Made by a program: the position numbers and the translations under genes. A stretch of 64,000 nucleotides of DNA, taken from NCBI GenBank assembly GCA_043820815.1, contig JBDRDJ010000012.1:41952-105951 (forward strand). The letters are read 5' to 3'. The notes under the pieces are model-generated. The model was given only the letters and a program-made list of their open reading frames with translations, did not search any database and was not told the origin of the DNA. Shown here piece after piece: positions 54,667-63,074 of this stretch (positions within the stretch are counted from its first letter, which is position 1; every line of letters starts with the position of its first letter). The DNA comes from Candidatus Omnitrophota bacterium. Lineage in GTDB: Bacteria; Omnitrophota; Gorgyraeia; Duberdicusellales; 4484-171.

Positions 54667-57264
54667 ATGATAAAGCAATTATTCACGATAAAGAAATTGG
54701 CAAAAACCCCGGTTGTCAGGAAAATTGCTCTGATAGCCGTATTCAGCTTCTGTATAGGTATTAATCTTTACCTTAGGATGTTCCTTGCCTATTTTCCTCA
54801 GTTGAAAACTCAAGCGCGGACTGAAGTTGAGAATAAAATTTCCAAAGATTCCATAGAAAAAGCCCAGGGGCTGTTCCCTGATTATAATTCTTATGCTCAA
54901 GACGAAATGGCTGTCGAGTTTTTTAAGGAAGCCGTAAAGGGCAAGAAAATATTCAACCGGCAGGTTAGCGAAAAATATACAGAGTTAAAAAGTAAATATC
55001 AGGATGAAACCGGCCAGACTTATCTTTTAGAGCTTGACCCCTATCAGTGGATGCGCTATACGGAAAACGTAGTAAAATACGGTCATCCCGGAGATAGAAA
55101 AGTAAAAGGAAAAAGTTATGACACTCACATGTTAGCCCCTGTAGGCATGCATATAGGGCCGGTGCGGTTTTTATTTTATTTTTCCGCACATCTTTATAAA
55201 GCAATCACTTTTTTCTATAAGGGGTTGTCATTTTATAAATATCTTTTCTACTTACCTCTTTTTTATACCTTTGTTTTTTTATTTATTGTTTATGTTTTTT
55301 CAGTCAAACTGTTTTCTCATTGGGGGGCGTTTGTTGCAACTCTTTTTATAGGATTAAACAGTATTTTTATCCGCAGAAGCTGTGCCGGCTGGTATGATTA
55401 TGATACGTTGAGCCTTATTGTGCCTTTACTTTTAGTTTGGTGCTTGTTTACCGCTTTATCAGGAAGAGTAAACTTAAGAAGGCTTACCATATATTCTATC
55501 ATTGCTTCATTCTTGCAGGGATTATACTCTTTTACCTGGGTAGGGTGGTGGTTTATTTTTCTTGTCGTATCATGTTTTTTTCTTTGCATGATTCTTAATA
55601 ATTACTGTCTTTATTATAAAGATTTAAGAAATGCCCACAGGCAGAATGCTCCTTACTTTATCTCGGCAATAATCTTTACGGCGGGAAGTATTTTATTCTG
55701 CTTTCTTATTTCCCGAATAAATCTTTTAACTTTTATTATTTCCAGTATAAAAGAGAACTTAAACCTGGGTAAATCCCTGTCGGTGTCTATCTGGCCCAAT
55801 ACTAATTATACAATAGGAGAATTGAAACCAGCGGACATGCTTAGAATAGCAGAAAATCTCCATGGTTTGTTGATGTTTGTTTTGTCTTTGTTCGGCATGC
55901 TTTGGTTCTATTCCAAGGAGAAAAGAGGAAGGCGCAAAGATTTTGTGTATATTATGCTTTTCTGGTTTTTATTTATGATCTTTGCTTCTTCTCGCAGTAT
56001 ACGTTTTGTGATATATCTGGCGGTTCCCTTAGGTTTTTTTCTGGGAGGATTTACAGATAACATTGTTAAAATAATTGGCGAAAAAAAATACCTTAAGGTT
56101 GGATTCCGGCATGCTTCTTATATAGGTTTTTTTCTGGCAATATGCCTTTTCACATGGATTGTTTTATCTTCAGGCATTAAGAGCTGCAAGCAGGTTTACC
56201 CGTTAATGGATGATGGCTGGCATAGAGTGCTTATGCGTATAAGAGCAGAAACCCCTTCCAATGCTGTTGTAAATTCCTGGTGGGATTATGGAAATTTCTT
56301 TAAGACAACGGCCGGGAGGCGGGTAATATTTGACGGCCAGTCTCAGAGCGGCACTCTTACTTATTGGATGGGAAAAGCCCTTGTGAGCGAGGACGAGAAT
56401 TCAGCCATGCGTATACTGAGGATGATAAACAACGCCTCTGACGGCACATTTAATTCTCTAAATAGCTACATTATAGATCCCTATAAAACTCTTGGGACTC
56501 TTGAACAATTATTGCTTTTGGATAGAGATAAAGGAGAAAATCTTTTACGCAAGAACAAAATACCCGCGAATATTATCAGTAAAGTAATGGATGATTTGCA
56601 TAAGGTGCCTGACCCGGCATATTTTATCGTTGATAGTACTATGGTAGGTAAAATGAGCCCGATTTCTTTTTTAGGCAATTGGGACGTTAAAAAACTTTAT
56701 ATTTATAAGAATATCAATGAGTCGAAGGCTGATGTCTTGAATGCGTTGCGTAGTATTTTTGGACTTTCCCCGGAAAGTGCCCAAAGCTATTATAACGAGA
56801 TAACCATAACGCCTGAGGGTAAACCTGTTTATGAGAGCTTATCGCAGAGATACTTCTACAATGGATATGCCGCCAAGGCAACAAAAACCGGAAATCTCAT
56901 CCATTTTGATAACGGGTTTTTATACAATTTTGATGCAAAGCAGGGGATTTTGTATTCTATAATGAATTTATCTTTCAAGAAGCCAAAGACGATTGTTGTT
57001 ACCGATGAGCATTCGCAAGAAAAGATTAAAACGGATGATGGCGATTATGAGAGAGCGGTGTGGATGTTTAAGGTTGATGATCAGTACCAGTCTATAATTC
57101 TAAACGAACCTCTGGCAAACTCGTTATTTTCCCGCTTATATTTTATAAAAGGAAGAGGGCTTAAGTGTTTTACGCCGTTTATAATGGATACAGAAGCAAA
57201 AATCTTTGTGTATAAGATAGAGTGGGATAAGGCCTGTGAAGATGCTGATAATTTGAGCGAATAG
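54667..57264 (+). CDS. STT3/AglB/PglB-family oligosaccharyltransferase (GT-C)
   Basis: 865 aa and polytopic. ELDPYQWMRY (55030-55059), WYDYD (55390-55404), TIGE (55810-55821) and WWDYG (56278-56292) occur in the order expected for OST catalytic subunits. A large C-terminal soluble domain follows. Confidence 0.8.
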   Translation: MIKQLFTIKKLAKTPVVRKIALIAVFSFCIGINLYLRMFLAYFPQLKTQARTEVENKISKDSIEKAQGLFPDYNSYAQDEMAVEFFKEAVKGKKIFNRQVSEKYTELKSKYQDETGQTYLLELDPYQWMRYTENVVKYGHPGDRKVKGKSYDTHMLAPVGMHIGPVRFLFYFSAHLYKAITFFYKGLSFYKYLFYLPLFYTFVFLFIVYVFSVKLFSHWGAFVATLFIGLNSIFIRRSCAGWYDYDTLSLIVPLLLVWCLFTALSGRVNLRRLTIYSIIASFLQGLYSFTWVGWWFIFLVVSCFFLCMILNNYCLYYKDLRNAHRQNAPYFISAIIFTAGSILFCFLISRINLLTFIISSIKENLNLGKSLSVSIWPNTNYTIGELKPADMLRIAENLHGLLMFVLSLFGMLWFYSKEKRGRRKDFVYIMLFWFLFMIFASSRSIRFVIYLAVPLGFFLGGFTDNIVKIIGEKKYLKVGFRHASYIGFFLAICLFTWIVLSSGIKSCKQVYPLMDDGWHRVLMRIRAETPSNAVVNSWWDYGNFFKTTAGRRVIFDGQSQSGTLTYWMGKALVSEDENSAMRILRMINNASDGTFNSLNSYIIDPYKTLGTLEQLLLLDRDKGENLLRKNKIPANIISKVMDDLHKVPDPAYFIVDSTMVGKMSPISFLGNWDVKKLYIYKNINESKADVLNALRSIFGLSPESAQSYYNEITITPEGKPVYESLSQRYFYNGYAAKATKTGNLIHFDNGFLYNFDAKQGILYSIMNLSFKKPKTIVVTDEHSQEKIKTDDGDYERAVWMFKVDDQYQSIILNEPLANSLFSRLYFIKGRGLKCFTPFIMDTEAKIFVYKIEWDKACEDADNLSE

Positions 57265-57299
57265 GCCGCCTGCCTTCATCGAGGCTGTTGTGATTGTCA

Positions 57300-58259
57300 A
57301 TGAGCAATAAGAATAAAATATGTATAATCGTTCCCGCCAAAGGAAATCCCTCAACACTTATTTCTTGTATTGAAAGCCTTATTAACTTGGACTACCGGCC
57401 TTTTGAGATTAGTATTGTTGATGACGGTCTGAGTGCTGATTCCGTGAAACTTCTTGAGCGCTTTGCAGGCAGAATAAATATTTTGCACAGCGATTCCCGC
57501 GGCCCCTCAAGCGCCCGCAACATGGCCGTTTACAATACCGATGTGCCATTTGTTGCTTTCACGGATTGCGATTGTATTGTAGACAAACAATGGCTGTTTG
57601 AATTAGCCAGGGGTTTTCAGGAATTTCCCCAAGCAGCCGCCTGCGGCGGGATTCAAGAAATCCCTGAAGATACAGGGCAATTTGAGAAAAAAGTTAATTT
57701 GCTGATGCAAAAAGCAAGCTGCGTTACTGATTACATGCGAAGCCCCAATACCGATAAGATCACCGAAGTAAAACATAATGCATCTTGCTGCGCTATGTAT
57801 AAGCGGGATGTTTTCTTAAAGGAAAAGGGTTTTTCAGAGGGGTTATGGCCGGGGGAGGATGTTGAATTTGATTGCCGGTTACGGAAAAAAGGGTATAAGA
57901 TTTTTTGCAACCCAAAAGCAGTTGTATATCATTACCGGACAAAAGACAGGGCAGCGTTTAATAGTATGATGTTTCGATACGGGAGAGCCCAGGGGATTCT
58001 GGTGAGGAAATATAATATTTTAAGAACAATACATATAGTGCCGTTATTGAGCTTGTTTATGATTGCTTTATTTATTTTAAGTTTGCAGTTTAATTTTTCA
58101 TTACTCTATTTAATCGTTATAACCGCATTGGGGTTGTCTCTTTGGGCTTATCTAAGGTTTGATTGGCGTATGTTGGAATTGGCGTTTAAAGGAGCTATAT
58201 ATTGGAATTGTGGGTTTTTTAAGGGTTTGATATCTAACAGGGCTGGGTATGGTATATGA
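57300..58259 (+). CDS. Family 2 glycosyltransferase with C-terminal membrane segments
   Basis: ICIIVPAKGN, ISIVDDGLS and FTDCDC (DxD-like). Two C-terminal hydrophobic helices. The ORF opens at TTG 57294. Confidence 0.8.
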   Translation: MSNKNKICIIVPAKGNPSTLISCIESLINLDYRPFEISIVDDGLSADSVKLLERFAGRINILHSDSRGPSSARNMAVYNTDVPFVAFTDCDCIVDKQWLFELARGFQEFPQAAACGGIQEIPEDTGQFEKKVNLLMQKASCVTDYMRSPNTDKITEVKHNASCCAMYKRDVFLKEKGFSEGLWPGEDVEFDCRLRKKGYKIFCNPKAVVYHYRTKDRAAFNSMMFRYGRAQGILVRKYNILRTIHIVPLLSLFMIALFILSLQFNFSLLYLIVITALGLSLWAYLRFDWRMLELAFKGAIYWNCGFFKGLISNRAGYGI

Positions 58260-59731
58260 GTTTAAGACAGAGTGAAGCAATGAAAATACTTGTTATCAAT
58301 GAGCCTTTTGTGCCGGATTTTTGCCGCACCCAGCGTTGGGCCGCGCGCACACGAGGAAGGGTTTTACGCGCACCTGACTGGCTGGCGTATGCAGCTTCTG
58401 TTCTTGAAAGAGATGGTTTTGATGTTGAACTGTATGATTTTTGTGCTTTAAGATGGGAGAAAGGAAAAATAGCTTCTTTAGCGAATGAGAAGAAACCCGA
58501 TTTCGTTATTCTTGATTCAACTACGCCTTCGATTTATTCTGATATAGAATGTGCGAAAATAATAAAAGATAATTCTAATGCCCGCGTAATCATGGTTGGG
58601 CCGCATGTTTCTGCTCTGCCGGATGAGGTGCTAAGAGATGCCCGGGGAGCGGTTGATGCAGCCTGTATAGGTGAATACGATTACACAGTCCGGGATGCCG
58701 TGCGTAATTTTGATAATTTAGAAAGAGTCCCGGGTATTGCCTGGTTTAATAGGGGGCTGATAAAGAAGACTTCGCCGCGGCCCCTCATAGAAAATCTTGA
58801 CGAAATTCCTTTTCCTGCCTGGCATCATTTAGATTTGATGAAATATTTTGACGGAGGAAAGCTGTACCCGTATATCGATGTTATTTCCGGCAGAGGCTGC
58901 CCGAATCGCTGCTCTTTTTGCCTTTGGCCGCAGGTTATGCATGGGTTTAAGTACCGCTTAAGGAGCCCATGCAATGTTGTTGATGAATTAGAATACGATA
59001 TAAAATTGTGCCCGAGGGTGCTAAAAGGCGAATTTTTCTTTGAGGACGATACGTTTACTGTTGATAGAGAACGTGCGATATTGATTTGCGAGGAGATTCT
59101 AAAGAGAGGTTTAAAGATTAATTTTTCCGTAAATGCCAGGGCTGACAGCGCTGACTTAGAAATGTTTAAGGTTATGAAGAAGGCCGGTTGCCGGGAACTT
59201 TTGGTTGGATTTGAGTCGGGAGTTCAGCAAATTCTGGATAATGTAAATAAAAACATAAAAGTTGAAGATTCATATAGATTTGTGGAGTTAGCTAAAAAAG
59301 CCAAATTACAGGTTCATGGATGCTTTGTTATTGGCTTGCCTGGTGAAACAGAGGAAACGGCTAAAAAAACCGTTGATTTCGCTTTATCTTTAGGCTGCGA
59401 TACTTTGCAATTTTCAGGAGCCGTGCCTTTTCCGGGAACAAAATTTTTTGAGCTGGCTGAATCGTCGGGATGGCTTAAATCCAGGGACTGGGCACAGTGG
59501 TTAGGCAGCGGAGAACAGAAAGGCATTATTTCTTATCCCGGTATTTCAGAAGACGCGGTTAATCATTATGTTGATCTGGGGTTACGCAAGTTTTATTTCA
59601 GGCCGATGTATATGTTGAAATTCCTTTTTGATACTCATTCAGTTTCAGATTTATATCGTAAATTAAGAGGGGCCTGCAATTTTGTTAATTATAATTTTGA
59701 GAAGGTTGTTTGCCGCCGCAAGAATTGTTAA
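58256..59731 (+). CDS. B12-binding-domain radical SAM protein (class B, putative methyltransferase)
   Basis: N-terminal cobalamin-binding-like domain (KILVINEPF...VIMVGPHVSALP) and SGRGCPNRCSFCLWPQ cluster motif. ATGA overlap with the upstream GT2. Confidence 0.8.
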   Translation: MSLRQSEAMKILVINEPFVPDFCRTQRWAARTRGRVLRAPDWLAYAASVLERDGFDVELYDFCALRWEKGKIASLANEKKPDFVILDSTTPSIYSDIECAKIIKDNSNARVIMVGPHVSALPDEVLRDARGAVDAACIGEYDYTVRDAVRNFDNLERVPGIAWFNRGLIKKTSPRPLIENLDEIPFPAWHHLDLMKYFDGGKLYPYIDVISGRGCPNRCSFCLWPQVMHGFKYRLRSPCNVVDELEYDIKLCPRVLKGEFFFEDDTFTVDRERAILICEEILKRGLKINFSVNARADSADLEMFKVMKKAGCRELLVGFESGVQQILDNVNKNIKVEDSYRFVELAKKAKLQVHGCFVIGLPGETEETAKKTVDFALSLGCDTLQFSGAVPFPGTKFFELAESSGWLKSRDWAQWLGSGEQKGIISYPGISEDAVNHYVDLGLRKFYFRPMYMLKFLFDTHSVSDLYRKLRGACNFVNYNFEKVVCRRKNC

Positions 59732-59999
59732 CTCCAAGAACATATCAAGTATTTATAGAGGAAGGCGTTTCTTGAATTTCATCTGTGCCCGCGGATATTG
59801 CGGAGTTTTTGCCTGGAATATCGTTTTTGGAAAGGATTATTTAAATCAGGATCGTTATCACGGAACTAAATATAAGTATCTTGAGTGATTTTAAAAAAGG
59901 TGAAAGCGAGCGGCTGTTGTTTTCTTTCTTAAAAAATGATAGACTTTTTAAAATTTCATTTTTTACCTTTAACTAAAGGCGTCATTCAGGGAGTTCAAC

Positions 60000-61001
60000 A
60001 TGATTCAGTTTGATAAGAATAAACTAAAAGAAATTCATCAAGACATATTAATTGATCTTTACAGGATAATGTTACGGATCAGAATGATTGAAGACGCGAT
60101 AGGAGAGGAATACCCAAAGGATGAAATGAAAACGCCTATACATCTTTGCACCGGCCAGGAGGCGATTCCCGCGGGTGTTTGTAAATATCTTAAAAAGGAT
60201 GATTATGTTTTAAGTAATTATAGAGGACACGGTCATTATCTTGCTAAGGGGGGGGATTTAAGATCTCTCATAGCCGAGCTTTACGGAAGAGATACCGGTT
60301 GCTGCCGCGGAAGAGGCGGTTCCATGCATATAGTTGATGTTTCAGTGGGGATTGTAGGGACTTCCGCCATTGTAGGAGGAGGTGTTCCAATCGCAACAGG
60401 AATTGGATTAGCTTCTGTTTTAGAGAAGAACTCCCGGGTATCAGTTGTGTTTTTTGGCGACGGAGCTGTTGATGAGGGTGTGTTGTATGAGAGCATAAAT
60501 TTTTCCATGCTCAAGAAGCTGCCGGTTATTTACGCTTGCGAGAACAATTTTTACGCGGTGTGCTCTCATCAGAGTAAACGTCAGCCCCGGGATAATATTT
60601 ATTGCCGGTTTCAGGGATGCGGAATCCCCGGTTATAGAGTCGACGGCAATAATGTGATTGAGGTTTATCAGATAGCGAAAAATGTTATAGATAATGCCCG
60701 CCGAGGAGGAGGCCCGGCTTTCATAGAATTCAGAACATACCGGTGGAAAGGCCATTCCGGAAATGATTCGGATGTGAGTTTAGGGTATCGGACGCAGGAA
60801 GAACTCGATGAATGGGTAAAACGATGCCCCTTGAAAAATTTCGAAAATTTCTTATTAGATGAAAGAATTATTGCTAAGGAACAAATACGTTTATTTGAGC
60901 AGGATATTGATAAGGAGATACAGGAAGCATTTGAGTTCGCGCAAAAAAGCCCTTTCCCTGATGAGGAGAGTATTATGGATTATCTTTATAAAGAAAAGTA
61001 G
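60000..61001 (+). CDS. Thiamine-diphosphate-dependent dehydrogenase E1 component, alpha subunit
   Basis: YRGHGHYLAKGGD, GRGGSMHI and the TPP motif GDGAVDEGVLYESINFSMLKKLPVIYACENN. Confidence 0.85.
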   Translation: MIQFDKNKLKEIHQDILIDLYRIMLRIRMIEDAIGEEYPKDEMKTPIHLCTGQEAIPAGVCKYLKKDDYVLSNYRGHGHYLAKGGDLRSLIAELYGRDTGCCRGRGGSMHIVDVSVGIVGTSAIVGGGVPIATGIGLASVLEKNSRVSVVFFGDGAVDEGVLYESINFSMLKKLPVIYACENNFYAVCSHQSKRQPRDNIYCRFQGCGIPGYRVDGNNVIEVYQIAKNVIDNARRGGGPAFIEFRTYRWKGHSGNDSDVSLGYRTQEELDEWVKRCPLKNFENFLLDERIIAKEQIRLFEQDIDKEIQEAFEFAQKSPFPDEESIMDYLYKEK

Positions 61002-61007
61002 GGTTAT

Positions 61008-62060
61008 ATGGGTATAAGTTTTGACTGGGATAAAAAGAGTATCGAAAGAGAAGAACCCGGGTTTGAAGATGTGTTAAAGCATGGCGGCCGGAAAATAAAA
61101 TATGCAGAGGCTCTTCATGAGGCTTTTGACGAGATTTTGGCGACAAATGATAAAGTGTTTGTTATGGGGCAGGGGGCAGATGACCCTTTTGGCATGTTCG
61201 GAAGCATTTTAGATTTATATAAAAAATACGGGAATGAAAGGATTTTTGATACCCCTTTGTCAGAAGATTCTTTAACCGGGGTTGCTGTGGGAGCGGCTCT
61301 TGCGGGCCTGCGGCCTGTTTATATGCATAACCGGCCGGATTTTTTACTGCTTGCCATGGATCAAATCGTTAATCACGCTTCCAAATGGCATTACATGTTT
61401 GGAGGAAAGATCAGCGTTCCTTTAGTAATCTGGGCGGTAATCGGCAGGGGGTGGGGATCTGCGGCTCAACATTCTCAATGTATCCAGGGTTTATTGATGC
61501 ATATTCCCGGATTAAAGATTGTTATGCCTTCTACTCCGTATGATTCCAAAGGATTATTGGTTTCCAGCATATTCGATGATAACCCGGTTATTATTTTAGA
61601 ACACCGGTGGTTGTTGAAAGGCAGCGGCTATGTTCCTAAGGGATTATATACCATTCCTTTTGGAAAGGGAGTTGTTAAAAGGGGTGGTAAAGATGTTACT
61701 ATTGTCGGTACATCTTACATGATAGTAGAAGCGATACGTGCGGCAGAAGAATTAAGCAGGGAGAACATTGAAGTCGAAGTTATAGATTTGCGCACCTTAA
61801 AGCCGCTAGATGAAGCCATTATTTTAGAATCCGTAAAAAAAACCGGGCGTCTTGTAATTACTGATGTGGGATGGAAAACAGCGGGCGTAACAGCTGAGAT
61901 TGCCGCAGTTGTAGCAGAAAAAGGTTTTTCTTATCTTAAAAGGCCTATTAAAAGAGCGGCGTCTTTAGATATTCCTACTCCCGCATGCCATATATTAGAG
62001 AAAAAGTTTTATGCTGATGTAAAAGATATTATTTCATCCGTAAAGGAGCTTATGAAATGA
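61008..62060 (+). CDS. E1 component beta subunit (transketolase-like pyrimidine-binding and C-terminal domains)
   Basis: VFVMGQGADDPFG, FDTPLSEDSLTGVAVGAALAGLRPV and VIDLRTLKPLD. Confidence 0.85.
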   Translation: MGISFDWDKKSIEREEPGFEDVLKHGGRKIKYAEALHEAFDEILATNDKVFVMGQGADDPFGMFGSILDLYKKYGNERIFDTPLSEDSLTGVAVGAALAGLRPVYMHNRPDFLLLAMDQIVNHASKWHYMFGGKISVPLVIWAVIGRGWGSAAQHSQCIQGLLMHIPGLKIVMPSTPYDSKGLLVSSIFDDNPVIILEHRWLLKGSGYVPKGLYTIPFGKGVVKRGGKDVTIVGTSYMIVEAIRAAEELSRENIEVEVIDLRTLKPLDEAIILESVKKTGRLVITDVGWKTAGVTAEIAAVVAEKGFSYLKRPIKRAASLDIPTPACHILEKKFYADVKDIISSVKELMK

Positions 62061-62989
62061 AGATATTGGTTACGGGAGGAGCAGGGTATATTGGTTCGGT
62101 TCTGGTCGCGGAATTAATTAAATCCGGGTACGAAGCGGTTGTTATCGATAATTTCATGTATAATCAAACCTCTCTTCTGGATTGTTGTTATGATAAAAAA
62201 TTGACCGTAGTCCGCGGGGATGTAAGAAATACAAAATTAATTTTAGAATGGGTGAAAAAGACTGACGCGTTCTTCCCTTTAGCCTGTTTAACCGGAGCCC
62301 CGATATGCAATGAACGGCCTTATGAGGCAAAATCAATTATTGTCGATGCCGTAAAAACAGTATTAGATGAACGCAGTAAGAATCAGCCGATAATTTTTCC
62401 CACAACGAATAGCGGCTACGGTATAGGGCAGAAAGGTACTTTCTGTACGGAAGAAACGCCTTTAAATCCTGTTTCTATCTACGGGAAACTAAAAGTAGAG
62501 GCGGAAAAAATCCTTCTTGATGCTGGCAACTGTATTACATTAAGGCTGGCAACCGCGTTTGGCATCAGCCCTCGGATGAGGCTTGATCTTCTTGTAAATG
62601 ATTTTGTTTACCGCGCGGTAAATGACCGGTTTATTATTGTTTTTCAGGCGGCTTTTAAACGCAATTATATACATGTCCGTGATGTGGCTAAGGCCTTTAT
62701 CCATTCTTTAGAAAATTACGAAAGCATGAAAAATAATTGTTATAACGTAGGCTTAAGCGACGCGAATTTAAGTAAATTGGAGTTATGCGAAGAAATAAAA
62801 AAACATCTCCCGGATTTTTATTTTGTTGAAGCCCAGGTAGGTGAAGACCCGGATAAAAGAGATTATGTTGTCAGTAATGATAAAATTGAAAAGACAGGTT
62901 TTATGCCCGATTTTTCATTGCCGGCCGGGATCGCCGAACTTATAAAAGGTTTTCAGGTTATACGGAGAAATAATTTTTCAAATCTGTAA
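62057..62989 (+). CDS. NAD-dependent epimerase/dehydratase (extended SDR)
   Basis: MKILVTGGAGYIGS Rossmann motif and the YGKLK catalytic YxxxK. ATGA overlap with E1 beta. Confidence 0.85.
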   Translation: MKILVTGGAGYIGSVLVAELIKSGYEAVVIDNFMYNQTSLLDCCYDKKLTVVRGDVRNTKLILEWVKKTDAFFPLACLTGAPICNERPYEAKSIIVDAVKTVLDERSKNQPIIFPTTNSGYGIGQKGTFCTEETPLNPVSIYGKLKVEAEKILLDAGNCITLRLATAFGISPRMRLDLLVNDFVYRAVNDRFIIVFQAAFKRNYIHVRDVAKAFIHSLENYESMKNNCYNVGLSDANLSKLELCEEIKKHLPDFYFVEAQVGEDPDKRDYVVSNDKIEKTGFMPDFSLPAGIAELIKGFQVIRRNNFSNL

Positions 62990-63043
62990 AACGGGGATTA
63001 AAAAATATTTACCCCGTTAGAGAACTACGTCCTCTAACGGGGT
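62990..63043 (+). repeat. Two overlapping, mutually exclusive hairpins (AACGGGG / CCCCGTTAGAG / CTCTAACGGGG)
   Basis: Hairpin A pairs AACGGGG (62990-62996) with CCCCGTT (63012-63018). Hairpin B is a perfect 12-bp stem, ACCCCGTTAGAG (63011-63022) with CTCTAACGGGGT (63032-63043). Confidence 0.65.
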
Positions 63044-63074
63044 TTACCGGTAATAAAATAATGGAGATTATCTT

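Noticed and set aside
59682-59888. 68-aa ORF in the gap after the B12-radical SAM gene
   Set aside because: It overlaps the 3' end of the upstream gene, lacks an SD and has no recognisable features. The 268-nt gap is more likely a promoter or regulatory region for the E1 operon. A weak CCGC/GCGG hairpin with a T-run at 59789-59810 was noted but is too weak to call.
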